A DNA stretch of 64,000 nucleotides from Dendrobates tinctorius (lineage: Eukaryota). A model generated the notes under the pieces. It did no database searches. It had not been told where the DNA came from and saw only the letters and a program-made list of their open reading frames with translations. The stretch is taken from positions 8,308,001 to 8,372,000 of the forward strand of contig NW_027361863.1 in NCBI RefSeq assembly GCF_039654945.1, read 5' to 3'. This document shows, one piece after another, positions 12,508-24,280 of the stretch (position 1 is the stretch's first letter; every line of letters begins with the position of its first letter). The translations under genes were made by a program, and so were the position numbers.

Positions 12508-14129
12508 GGCTGGGTGCGCACTCCTCAGATTCACCTGCGGATTTTGCAAAATGCATCATGTCACTTCTTTCAGTCTTTTTTTTTTTTTTTTTGCGTTTTT
12601 CACTCATTGAAAGCAATGGGTAACGCAAGAAAACGCAGGTATCAGGTTTTTTTAATTTTTTATGCACTAAACTTTAAGCATGCACAAAGACAAATATACC
12701 CTGACAAAAACGCAGTTAAAAAAGGCAGCAACAATGTGGAAAAACTGCTTTATTTACGTTGCTTCTTTACTGCCAAGAGAGCAGGTTTTGCATGCGGATA
12801 AAATGCAACAAAAGCACAATGCGTGAACATGGCCTAAGGGTGTGCGCACACGCTGCGGGTTCTGCTGCGGTGTACAGTACCTTTATTTTCAATGGAAAAC
12901 AAAAACCGCAGTGCAGACAGTGTGGATTTTTCCGCGCAGATTTGCTGCGGTTTCAAAACTGCAGCATGTCACTTCTTTGTGCGGAATCCGCAGCGGTTTT
13001 ACACCTGCTCCATTGTAGAGGTGTCAAACCACAGGCTAATCCGCAGATAAACCGCAGGTCTTTTGACCTGCGGATTTTGCAGAATCCGCAGCGTTTGCAC
13101 ACAGCCTCAAAGGCTGTGTGCACACGCTGCGGATTTTGCTGCGGTTCCGCAGCGGTTTTGGCCGCTGCGGACCCGCAGCAGTTTTTGCTGCGGTGTACAG
13201 TACCATGATTCCCTATGGGAATCAAAAACCGCAGTGCAGACGGTGCGGAATTTTCCGCGCGGATTATCTGCGGTTTTCAATCCGCAGAAAGAATTGACAT
13301 GTCTCCTCCATTGAGGAGATGAAAAACCGCAGGGCAAAACCGCAGAGCAATCCGCAGGTAAAACCGCAGGTCTTTTGACCTGCGGTTTCACCTGCGGATT
13401 TTACAAAATCCGCGCAGATGAATCCGCACATAATCCGCAGCGTGTGCACACAGCCAAAGGCTTCTTTTACACTTGCCGTGTTTTGCTGGACGTTTTTGCG
13501 GCCCCAATGCATTTCTATGGGGCCGCAAAAACGGCCTGCAAAAATTAGTAGGAAGGCCGTGCTCCATATGGCCGTGAGGGCCGTATTTGCGGTCGCAATG
13601 CACTTCAGTGGTACAGCAAAAACAACGTTAAGTTTTCGCGGTACACCTTATTTTGCGGATCGCTGATTTTTCCATGCTGTTTGTTATAACAGGGAAAAAT
13701 GGCGATCCGAGAAGGATTTATGCGGCCCGTTTTTGCGGAATACCGTGAAAATCACAGCAAAACGGCCTTGGGTTCTTTTACATTTTCCGTGTTTTTTCGC
13801 GGTCCCTTTTTGCGCTCCATATTGCCGTGATTTTCACGGTCTCCTGCAAAAACAAAAAACGGGCCACAAAAAACCTTCTCGGATTGCCGGTTTTCACAGT
13901 TTAGACAAATTGGGAAAAAATACGGCGTTCCGCAAATACTGTTGCTACTGTTGATTTTGCGGCACCATTGAAATGTATTGCGGCCGTGTCCGTAAGCCGT
14001 GAAAAATATCGAGGAAGCTCGATATTTTTTAACGGCCATACGGCGCTCCGATGAATTTTTGCAGGCCGTTTTTGTGGCCCCATAGAAATCTATGGGGGTC
14101 ACAAAAACACGGCAAGTGTAAAAGAACCC
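12508..14129. mobile_element. Cluster of four abutting Harbinger-type MITEs (12508-12834, 12838-13106, 13112-13455, 13459-14129)
   Basis: Each unit is bounded by GG(C/G)...(G/C)CC TIRs; units are separated only by TAA, TCAAA and AAA. Confidence 0.65.
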
Positions 14130-14569
14130 ACTGGTAACACACATGTAGATTTTGGGCCTAAGCCAAAAGTGGATCCAGTAGGAAGAAATGTCAGTCCTTT
14201 ATATTTCCCATTGCGGTCTCCTCTTAGCGGTTCAGGGTGCCAGTCAGTGGTGATTAATAAGTGATACTGGATCTATAAGATTTATATTATCCTGTTTAGA
14301 AGTATGCACGTAGGGGGAACCTAAGAACAGGGTGCAAGGAAAGAGAAAAGGTGACTAGAGGATATGGTCTGTGCCCCTCAGCTCTGTGTGCTAGGTACAC
14401 ATACCATACATTGGCGAGACACTCAAGCAAAGCCCATACATTGAGACTATAATGTACACTTATAGAGAAAGTGAAGGAACACTGATCCAGATATATAAAA
14501 AATATCAAATACATTTGTATTAAAATGAATAGAATGCAAAAAAGCAGTAAAGATTGCCCGTTCCTGAAA

Positions 14570-14840
14570 AGCTCCGTGGGCAGCACTGCAGCCTTGCAGC
14601 CTTGCAGCGCTGGAGTCCTGAGTTCGAATCCCACCAAGGAAAACATCTGCAAGGAGTTTGTATGTTCTCCCCGTGTTTGCGTGGGTTTCCTCCGCGTTCT
14701 CCGGTTTCCTCCCACATTCCAAAGACATACTGATAGGGAATTTAGATTGTGAGCCCCAATAGGGACAGAGATGATAATGTGTGCAAACTGTAAAACGCTG
14801 CGGAATATGTTAGCGCTATATAAAAATAAAGATGATTATT
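14570..14840 (+). mobile_element. tRNA-derived V-SINE, near full length
   Basis: B-box GAGTTCGAATCC, V-domain TGTTCTCCCCGTGTTTGCGTGGGTTTCCTCC...TTCCTCCCACA, and an L2-like tail GCTGCGGAATATGTTAGCGCTATATAAAAATAAA. Confidence 0.8.
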
Positions 14841-15814
14841 ACAGGAACATGCATGTTCCTGTTGACGTCAACACTCTCCTGCAGATGGCGCTCTTGGGTC
14901 CAAACTAGGTTAGAGATTCAAGGGTCATTTACTAGCCACGGTCATCATCCTTCTGTGAATCGGGTCTCTATGACAAATCCTGGGACCAGTTGTCCATTCC
15001 CAGCACAGCTGTGTCCTGTAATAAAACCATTGAGCACTTAGGAAAGGTATTTATGACACAGGCCTGGGGTCAGTTGTCCCTTCCAGGCGCAAGTGAGATA
15101 AGTGTCACCATTACAATGGATGCATAAACACTAAAGATCAACCAGTTAATCCGGTTATGATCCATACTAACTAGTTGGCAGTCTCTTAGATGTTCTAGAC
15201 TTTTGGAGTAATACAATTTAATCACTGAACTATGGATGTTCCAGGCATTGCCCACGTGGGCATCCAGGAATGTAGGTATGATTGTAGTGTAAAGCTGCAG
15301 TACCCGACGCCGTGCATGGATGAGAGCGGCGCTGTGTATGGCAAGTGCCACTGCCTATCCATGTTTAGCGAGGGTCTTTCTGGTCGGACATCACTAATTA
15401 TGTTTATTGTAAAGGACGGGTCTCCCAGCTATTGGTGAAACTACAATTCCCAGCATGCCCACACTGTAGATGGTTGTGTGATAACAAGTGAGTTAACCCC
15501 AGAATGTACAGACCCCTTTAATGCAGGGTTGCATTAAATGCTCCACACTAGAATGACTCTGGAGCAGAGCTGTGTACGGTGCGCAGATCCTCCGTAGTCA
15601 GATCAGACGCACCTGGCCTTGGCAAAAGCAGAACTATTCAGATCATAGAATTGAAACCTTTATGTGGGCGGTGGATAGATTATATAGAACAGCTTTCTTC
15701 TATTTATTGCACAACATCTGGATGCAAATCTTGTTTTTTCTTTTTTTTTTTTTTGTGCTACTCTCCTCTTATTTCTTTGTTTCTCCCTTGCAGTGTCTGC
15801 CAGACTATTCCATC

Positions 15815-16134
15815 ATGGGCACGCCAGCTTCTGTGATCAGTACTCCTGTATCGGCATGGCAGGCCCCTGAACCACGGAGCAGGAAAAAGGCCTCCGCCAA
15901 CATTTTTAAAGACATTGATCTCCTGCAGATTCAGACGCTGCTCCGCACTGGCGGGGACGAGTGTGCCGACGAGCGGGCTCAGATCATCTACAACTATGCC
16001 GGAGACAGACGCATCGCAGAAGCTTTGATCAAGCTCCAAAGGAGGAAGAGGAGCAAGTGCTTTCATTCATCGCATCTGAAATTGAGCGGGGATGGAATTG
16101 GAGGACTGTCCGTGCAGAATTTCAGTAAACTTTG
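15815..16134 (+). CDS. AVPI1: Arginine vasopressin-induced protein 1, first coding exon (exon starts at 15794)
   Basis: MGTPASVISTPVSAWQAPEPRSRKKASANIFKDIDLLQIQTLLRTGGDECADERAQIIYNYAGDRRIAEALIKLQRRKR matches recalled AVPI1/TCIM-family motifs (MGTPASV, RKxASANIF, ERAQII). Pyrimidine tract + CAG acceptor at 15793; TG|GTAAGG donor, phase 2. Confidence 0.93.
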
Positions 16135-16227
16135 GTAAGGCTTCATTGCTGCCCATTGTAGTCTATGGTGGAGAGTGTGATCGTAAAAGAGCAACCAAAC
16201 ACATTCATTATCTGGACTAGTGGGGGG

Positions 16228-16493
16228 TAGTGATGAGCGAGTATGCTCGGTTGATCTCCCGAGTATTTGAATGTGCTTGGAGATTGTTTGTGTTGACGCA
16301 GCTGCATGATTTACGGCTGCTAGACAGCCTGAATTACATGAGGGGATTCCTTAACAAACAGGCATTCCTCACATGTATTCAGACTGTCCAGCTGCCGTAA
16401 ATCATGCAGCTGCGTGTCGACACAAACTAAATCTTCGAGCATGCCAAAATACTCAGAGCTCACCAGAGCAACGAGTATACTCGCTCATCACTA
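16228..16493. mobile_element. hAT-type MITE
   Basis: TIRs TAGTGATGAGCGAGTAT / ATACTCGCTCATCACTA, exact 8-bp TSD GTGGGGGG on both sides, internally palindromic. Confidence 0.9.
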
Positions 16494-16821
16494 GTGGGGG
16501 GTTGTCACACTAGATCTGCCCCCTTGCTATAAGCCTTGTTAGGTTGTGTGGATTTCTTAGACGAGACTCGGTTTATCCCAGTATTGCATGGATGATATTG
16601 TATAGATGGGTGCAATATCTCCCTAATAATACAATCTGTTCTTGTAAACAGTGGCCTTATGGCAAGACTTGGAGGCAGAGAAGTGTTGTCATGAGGACTA
16701 TGTCCCGTCATTGTCAGCTTTCATTCTTTAACTTTTTTTTGCCCCCTTCTTTCAATAGTCATAACCTTATCCATTCTACATTCACATACTTTTGCCATAC
16801 ATGTGCTTTATTTGTTGCAAG

Positions 16822-18706
16822 TAGAGTTGAGCGATACCGTCCGATACTTCAAAGTATCGTATCGGATGGTATCGGCCGATCTTTAAAAAAAGTATCGGTA
16901 TCGCCGATTCCGATACCGGAAGTCCCATTCAAGTCTATGGGACTTCCGGTATCGGAATAAGAAAAACCCTTTCCTGCCCTTGTACAGCCTCTCTGGGGTC
17001 TGTACGGGCCTTTCGGGGGGCTGTGCCGGCCTGCCAGGGGGTCTGTGCAGGCTCCGGTGGTCTGTGCCGGCCTGCCGGTGGTCTGTGCCGGCCTGCCGGG
17101 GGGCTGTGCCGGCCTGCCGGGGGGCTGTGCCGGCCTGCCGGGGGGCTGTGCAGGCTCCGGGGGGCTGTGCCGGCCTGCGGGGAATTTCCCACGCAGCAAT
17201 GGCATAAAGTGAGACTAGGGACTTTTTTTTTTTTTAAGTGGCGGAGGAATACAGTGCGGAAGGATACCTACCTTCCGTCATTGGATTCCTGCAGCCCGTA
17301 GAGAACGGCAGCAACAGCTGATGCTGCAGTTCTCTACCCAAGATCGTCGTGGGACACACTCGTGGACTGCTTCGGATCGTGGGTGAGTATTTTTGTGGTT
17401 TGTTATGTTAATATTTATTCCGGAAAAGACAATGGCTTCGGGGAACAATGTGACAAGTATTGGTAAGTATGTTACTCTATGTTATATGTACTGTATGTCT
17501 ATGTATGTATTGTATGAATGTATTGTATGTATGTAGTATATATGTGGTATGTATGTAGCATGTAGTATGTATGTGGTATATATGTGGTATGCATGTAGCA
17601 TGTAGCATGCATGTAGCATGCAGTATGTATGTAGCATGCATGTAGTATATATGTAGTATGTATGTAGCATGTAGTATGTATGTAGCATGCATGTAGTATA
17701 TATGTAGTATGTATGTGGTATGTATGTGGCATGTAGTATGTATGTAGCATGCATGTAGTATGTATGTATGTAGTATGTATGTATGTATGTAGCATGTATG
17801 TAGCATGTATGTAGTATGTATGTAGTATGTAGCATGCATGTAGTATATATGTAGTATGTATGTAGTATGTATGTGGTATGTATGTAGCATGTAGTATGTA
17901 TGTAGCATGCATGTAGTATGTATGTAGCATGCATGTAGTATGTATGTAGCATGCAGTATGTAGTATATATGTAGTATGTATGTAGCATGTAGTATGTATG
18001 TAGCATGCATGTAGTATGTATGTAGTATTTTTTTTTTTTTTTTTTAACATTTAACACATTAGCCGGATGATGGGACTACTACTGTCCCATCATTGGCTAA
18101 TGTGTCAATCACTGTCATGGTAGCAGGCATCGCCCGATGGGACTTGTAGTCCCATCGGACGATGCTTGCACAGACCCCCGGCAGGCCGGCACAGCCCCCC
18201 GGCAGGCCGGTACAGACCCCCACAGGGTGCACAGACCACCGGCAGGCCAGCACAGCCCCCCGGCAGGCCGGTACAGACCCCCACAGGGTGCACAGACCAC
18301 CGGCAGGCCGGCACAGCCCCCCGGCAGGCCGGTACAGACCCCCACAGGGTGCACAGACCACCGGCAGGCCGGCACAGCCCCCCGGCAGGCCGGTACAGAC
18401 CCCCACAGGGTGCACAGACCACCGGCAGGCCGGCACAGCCCCCCGGCAGGCCGGTACAGACCCCGGGCAGGCCGGCACAGCCCCCCGGCAGGCCGGCAGA
18501 GACCCCCGGAAGGCCCGAAATGACGGCGCATCATGATGCGCACACACCGCGCATCATGATGACGTCAGTCTGTCAATCAACTTTGAACTTCCGATTCCGA
18601 TGCCGAATTCCGATTATTGAAAAATATCGGAAGTCGGTATCGGAATTCCGATACAGCAAGTATCGGCCGATACCCGATACTTGCGGTATCGGAATGCTCA
18701 ACACTA
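16822..18706. mobile_element. Non-autonomous hAT element (copy A; one-armed relative of 59639-62880)
   Basis: TIRs TAGAGTTGAGC / GCTCAACACTA, exact 8-bp TSD GTTGCAAG, subterminal GTATCGG/CCGATAC repeats, internal 21-bp GC repeats and a TAGYATG-like microsatellite (about 17490-18026). Confidence 0.92.
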
Positions 18707-18839
18707 GTTGCAAGATGAGTATTACAAATAAATTGCAAGATTGTCTTTGTAAAAAAAAAATGGTTTCGTTTCCCCATTTTCTGAGACTTGCAACTTCTTT
18801 ATTTTATCTTTCCAATCATAGACCTGTGTGAGGGCTTGT

Positions 18840-21800
18840 TTTCTCCTACGCCTCATTGGGGGACACAGAGACAGTGGGTGTTATGCTGCTGCCACTAGGA
18901 GGGCACTAAGCAAACCAGAAAAAAAGTTAGCTCCTCCCCTGCAGTATACACCCCGTCGCTGGATGAGATATCTCCAGTTCATGCTTAGTGTCTGTAGGAG
19001 GCACTTGGGTCCGGTTTCAGACCTCACAGGTTTTATTTTATTTTTGAGTTTTTCTGTAAATTTTTATTTTTTAATTAATGGAGTGAAGGGGGTGACGGTT
19101 TCTTTCTACAGCCTTTCTCCCCCGAACCAACAACAGGCAAGCACGTGGAGTAACCCTTCACGTACACTTTCCTGCGACGTTTGGGGCTGATTCCTCTAGC
19201 ATTGGCGATGATGCTTGCGTCCGGAGTCCGGTAATCCACGAATATGAGGGCAGGCGCACATAACGGAGAAGATTGGACAGCGCTTACGTAGGCCCTGAAT
19301 CAGCCCCATAGCTCTCCATCCCCCTATCATAGGGAGGATCGATTGAGCATGGCCCCTTTAAGAACTCCTCCAGCTCTGCTACATCAGCCCTGGAGAATGA
19401 GAGCCTGCATGGATGGCTGGACAGCGCTGAGCACTGGAGTAGAGGTATGGGGTCGGGTCCTGTCCCCCGGGAGAAGCGCTGATGTAGCATCAGCGGCGGT
19501 GCACCCCCTCCCTGGGCGCTACCACGGGTAGCCCAAAAAATTTAGTCCCCGGCTTTCCGGCCTGCTAGGCCGCAATTTAGCGCCTCCCCAGCCCGCCACC
19601 GGTGCCTTCCTCGGGTAGGCTCAAAAATCTAGCTCCCGGCTTTTCCAGCCTACTTGGCGGCAATTTGAATAGCGCCGCCCGCGCTATTGGCGCCTCTCAT
19701 CCTGCCGAGACGCGCAATCCTAGTCTCGGGGGCCATATCCTTTTACCTCAGCCTGCTCTGGATACGAGCAGTGAGGGGAGCATTCTGCCAGATACCGGGT
19801 GACACCGCAGGGCCACCGCCATTCCTCCCGGGGGGCACAGCATAGGACCGGGTAAGCTGCATCTGCCCTCAGATTAAAGCTTAACCCCTTCCCGGCACGT
19901 TACATGCAGCAGACTGCCGTTAACCCTTTCAGGAGCACTATGTCTCAATCTAAGGAAGCAAAACGGGCTGCTAAAAAGCACACTGCGTTTTTTACCGTGT
20001 GTACCTCTTGCAAGTCTTCCTAGTGCACAGACTAATCCGTTATGCACTGACTGCGACCCGGCCTGCGCCCAATCGCCCCTCGCCACCGCTGCTGACGGGT
20101 CTCCTGCTTTTAATACCCCTGAGTGGGCTGTGTCCCTGTCACGGTCGGTGGAGTCTCTGACCGAGGCTATATTCTTCCTCCGGGAGGGCTCTTTAAGTCA
20201 GAAGGCATCCTTACCCCCCGAGGAAGGCTCTGGCGTCGAACGGGAACCATCCACCAGCAGGGGCCATACTCGTTCAAGGGATGGTTGGGGCTCTAGAAAG
20301 CGGACCCATGACGCTTCCCCCTAGCCCCGTTCGCGCCTTTGTATCTGCGACTCCTGTCTCTCCCTCTCCCTCTCCTGGAGTTCTCAGCGAGCACAACTTT
20401 GAATTTGATTCTGACACGTCTGCCCCTCAGAATCCCCCAACTGATCAAGAGTCGCTTGATTCTCTTATAGAATCAGTTAACAGGATTCTGAAGTTGGATG
20501 AGGATAATGTTCCTGCTCCAGCACATCCTATTTCACTTAAGAAAACCAAGCGAATGCGCAGGTTATTTACCAGCCATCCAGACTTTAAGGAAGTTGTCCA
20601 GCAACATAGGGATCGTCCGCATAAGCGGTTCACAGGGCAAAAGTCTACTCAGGCTAAATTCCCTTTTGATCCAGACCTAATGAATGGTTACAGTCGCCTC
20701 CGGTGGACCGCCTGTATCGCGTCTGGCTTCAAAAACGCTTCTGTCCATGTCTGAGGGTTCCTCGATCCGAAACCCCTCCGATCGTCAGATTGACTACCTT
20801 GCCCGTTTCGTTTTTGAAGCTTCAGGAGCAGCGCTTTTTCCATCTTTCGCGGCAGTTTGGGTCATGAAAGCAATGGCCGCTTGGGCATAGGTCTTGATTA
20901 CTTCCTTCCAGGGCACTAATCTTCCTCCGGAAGCCACCACGGTCGCCAGGCAGATAATTCACGCAGCGGACTTCGTAGTGGACGCCTCTTTGGACGCCAC
21001 CAATTGCGCTGCTCAAACTGCCGCTAACGCGATCTCCATTAGAAGAGCCCTATGGCTCCACGACTGGCGGGCGGATGCCGGATCTAAAAGATCCTTGACT
21101 TCTCTCCCCTTTCAAACAGGTCGTCTTTTTGGAGAGAAACTAGATAAGCCCATTTCTGATGCAACCGGGGGGAAAAGTAAATTCCTCCCTCAACAAAAAG
21201 CTGCTCGGCCGTTTCGCAACCAACAGGCGACGTGCTTTCGTTCCTTTCGCAACCAACAGGCGACGTGCTTTCGTTCCTTTCGCAACAACTCCGGTTGGTC
21301 ATCCTCTACCTTCTCTAACGGATCAGGTCCGTCTCCGCGCGGAGACCGAGGCTCCCAGGTCTCGTACAGACCTAACCGCCCTTGGAAACCCAGACCTAGG
21401 GCTTCTGGTTCCAAGGAAGCCAGGTCTCATAGATCTATCCAATGACTTGTTGCGGTATCCAGCGGACGCCGACAAAGTAGGCGGTCGCCTACTTTCCTTC
21501 AGCCACACCTGGCTCGCGGTCGTCCACGGCAAATGGGTCAGAGAGCTGGTGTCCTCCGGATACAAAATAGAGGTCTTCGCTCCCCCCTCCAACTCGCTTT
21601 TTCCCTTCCTTTCCGCCCAAGGGAATGACAAGAGCCTTCCTTCGGGCTGTTCAGGCCCTCTTAAGGGACGGAGTCATCATTCCGATCCCGCATCACGAGA
21701 GGTTCACAGGATTTTATTCAAACCTTTTTGTGGTTCCAAAGGACGGCACGATGCGTCCATTCTGGATCTCAAACTGTTAAATCAGTTTGTCACGATTCGG

Positions 21801-22056
21801 CGATTCCGAATGGAATCTCTCCGGTCAGTGGTCTCTTCCATGGAAAAAGGAGAGTTCCTAGCATCCATTGACATCAAGGACGCTTACCTTCACATTCTGA
21901 TCTGCCCGTCTCACCAGCAGTTCCTGCGTTTTGCAATTCACGAGGAACACTTCCAGTTCGTGGCCTTGCCCTTCGGACTCGCCACTGCCCCCAGGGTCTT
22001 AACCAAGGTCATGGCGGCAGTCATGGCCATTCTCCACTCTCGGGGAGTTGTGGTGG
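18840..22056 (+). mobile_element. DIRS-type (tyrosine recombinase) retrotransposon, 3'-truncated and decayed
   Basis: Terminus TTTCTCCTACG..CATTGGGGGACACAG; frameshifted gag-like ORF1 from ATG 19940 with CxxC...CxxC; overlapping RT frame VGGRL..F...W and ILDLK.LN.F....FRMESL...SIDIKDAYLHI...QFVALPFGLATAPRV, which stops just before the YLDD motif. Confidence 0.88.
21445..22056 (+). pseudogene. DIRS reverse transcriptase fragment
   Basis: The C-terminal half of ORF 21159..22112 has RT motifs (DIKDAY, LPFGLATAP). It has a frameshift near 21590-21750 and is truncated before YLDD. Confidence 0.85.
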
Positions 22057-22301
22057 TGGCCAAAAAACAGCAATTCTGTCTGTTTTGTTTTTACATACAT
22101 TTACCTCTCTGAGTTCTTAATTTCATATTTGGATATTGTAGATTTTTTTTTCCCCCAATGTGGTAAAACAGAATACATCAACACTTTTATTCTTTTGAAT
22201 TTCGGATTGAGAAAAGGGCAGGGATTCCAACTTTTATTTACATTTTTACTTTAGAAAAAAAAAGCCTCCCCTTTGAGCCCTTGTACCTATGATTTAGGTC
22301 T

Positions 22302-23878
22302 CAGACCAAAAGTTTGGACACACCTCATTCAAAGAGTTTTCTTAATTCATGAAAATAAACACATGTGGAATTATATAATTAACAAAAAAGTGTGAAACAA
22401 CTGAAAATGTCTTATATTCTAGGTTCTTCAAAGTAACCACCTTTTGCTTTGATTACTGCTTTGCACACTCTTGGCATTCTCTTGATGAGCTCTTGAAGGT
22501 AGTCACCGGAAATGGTTTTCACTTCACATGTATGCCCTGTCAGGTTTAATAAGTGGGATTTCTTGCCTTATAAATGGGATTGGGACCATCAGTTGTGTTA
22601 TGCAGAAGTCTGGTGGATACACAGCTGATAGTCCTACTGAATAGACTGTTAGTTGCTTTTTTCTTGCCATAATACAAATTCTAAGTAAAGAAAAACGAGT
22701 GGCCATCATTACTTTAAGAAATGAAGTTGTCAGTCAGAAAAATTGGGAAAACTTTGAAAGTGTCCCCAAATGCAGTGGCAAAAACCATCAAGCGCTACAA
22801 AGAAACTGGCTCACATGAGGACCGCCCCAGGAAAGGAATACCAAGAGTCACCTCTGCTGCGGAGGATAAGTTCATCTGAGTCACCAGCATCAGAAATCGC
22901 AGGTTAACAGCAGCTCAGATTAGAGACCAGGTCAATGCCACACAGAGTTCTAGCAGCAGACACATCTCTGTAACAACTGTTAAGAGGAGACTTTGTGCAG
23001 CAGGCCTTCATGGTAAAATAGCTGCTAGGAAACCACTGCTAAGAACAGGCAACAAGCAGAAGAGACTTGTTTGGGCTAGAGAACACAAGGAATGGACATT
23101 AGACCAGGGGAAATCTGTGCTTTGGTCTGATGAGTCCAAATTTGAGATCTTTGGTTCCAACCACCGTGTCTTTGTGCGACGCAGAAAAGGTGAACAGATG
23201 GACTCTACATGCCTGGTTCCCACCGTGAAGCATGGAGGAGGAGGTGTGATGGTGTGTGGGGGGGGGGGGGGGGGGGGCTTTGCTGGTGACACTGTTGGGG
23301 ATTTATTCAAAATTGAAGGCATACTGCACCAACATGGCTACCACAGCATCTTGCAGCGGCATGCTATTCCACCCGGTTTGCGTTTAGTTGGACCATCATT
23401 TATTTTTCAACAGGACAATGACCCCAAACACACCTCCAGGCTGTGTAAGGGCTATTTGACCAAGAAGGAGAGTGATGGGGTGCTACGCCAGATGACCTGG
23501 CCATCACAGTCACCAGACCTGAACCCAATCGAGATGGTTTGGGGTGAGCTGGACCGCAGAGTGAAGGCAAAAGGGCCAACAAGTGCTAAGCATCTCTGGG
23601 AACTCCTTCAAGACTGTTGGAAGACCATTTCCGGTGACTACCTCTTGAAGCTCATCAAGAGTGTGCAAAGCAGTAATCAAAGCAAAAGGTGGCTACTTTG
23701 ATGAACCTAGAATATAAGACATTTTCAGTTGTTTCACACTTTTTTGTTAATTATATAATTCCACATGTGTTGGTTCATAGTTTTGATGCCTTCAGAGTGA
23801 ATCTACAATTTTCATAGTCATGAAAATAAAGAAAACTCTTCGAATGAGGTGGTGTGGCCAAACTTTTGGTTTGTACTG
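22302..23878 (+). mobile_element. Tc1-like transposon, DD38E type, defective
   Basis: Long TIRs (about 22302-22471 and 23657-23878), TA at the right end, transposase motifs WSDESKF, FQQDNDPKH and WPSQSPDLNPIE. It has a frameshift at about 22735, an in-frame TGA at about 22878 and a poly-G expansion at about 23258-23277. Confidence 0.92.
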
Positions 23879-24102
23879 TACTTCAATACTTTAGTATTGT
23901 ATTGCATTATATAATAAAAAGAACAACCATCTCCCATGAAGCCCAATCACACCATCCAATATGGGACCCCCATTTCTTATGATCTATAAGGGTAGGACCC
24001 CTAAGGATCAGACATTTAATCCTGTGGATTAGTGATAAATGTACTTCACCATCTATGTGAGGGTCTCTTTGTGACCATAATTTTTCTTTAATTTCTTGAC
24101 AG

Positions 24103-24280
24103 CATCAAGGAAGATGCGTCTTCTGGAGAGGAGGCTCCTGCCCAGCCCATCGCTGATACTGAAGACCGGCCAGCACTGTGCGGGACTAAGAAAACATCCG
24201 GTATTCAGAGAACAAAGAATAAACTAGGACGGCACCAGGAAAGGTCAATCTCCAGCTACTTGCACCAAATAAAACGATGA
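24103..24280 (+). CDS. AVPI1: AVPI1 last coding exon
   Basis: TTTCTTGACAG acceptor at 24102, phase-compatible with the previous exon. It reads (C)IKEDASSGEE...ERSISSYLHQIKR* and matches the recalled AVPI1 C-terminal SYLHQI motif. Total CDS 498 nt, 165 aa. Candidate AATAAA at 24766. Confidence 0.9.

Noticed and set aside
15572-15814. N-terminal extension of the 188-aa AVPI1 ORF
   Set aside because: It has a non-ATG start and runs through the polypyrimidine tract and the acceptor at 15793; the true start is ATG 15815.
17477-18831. His/Tyr/Thr-rich and Pro/Gly/Arg-rich ORFs (also 59666-62881)
   Set aside because: They derive from micro- and minisatellites inside the hAT elements.
21212-21285. 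In-frame 33-bp duplication (FRNQQATCFRS x2) in DIRS ORF1
   Set aside because: Real, but an ordinary local duplication in a pseudogenised element.
23258-23277. Poly-Gly insertion in the transposase and other long G/C homopolymers
   Set aside because: Homopolymer slippage in a dead element or sequencing error; no functional inference is possible.
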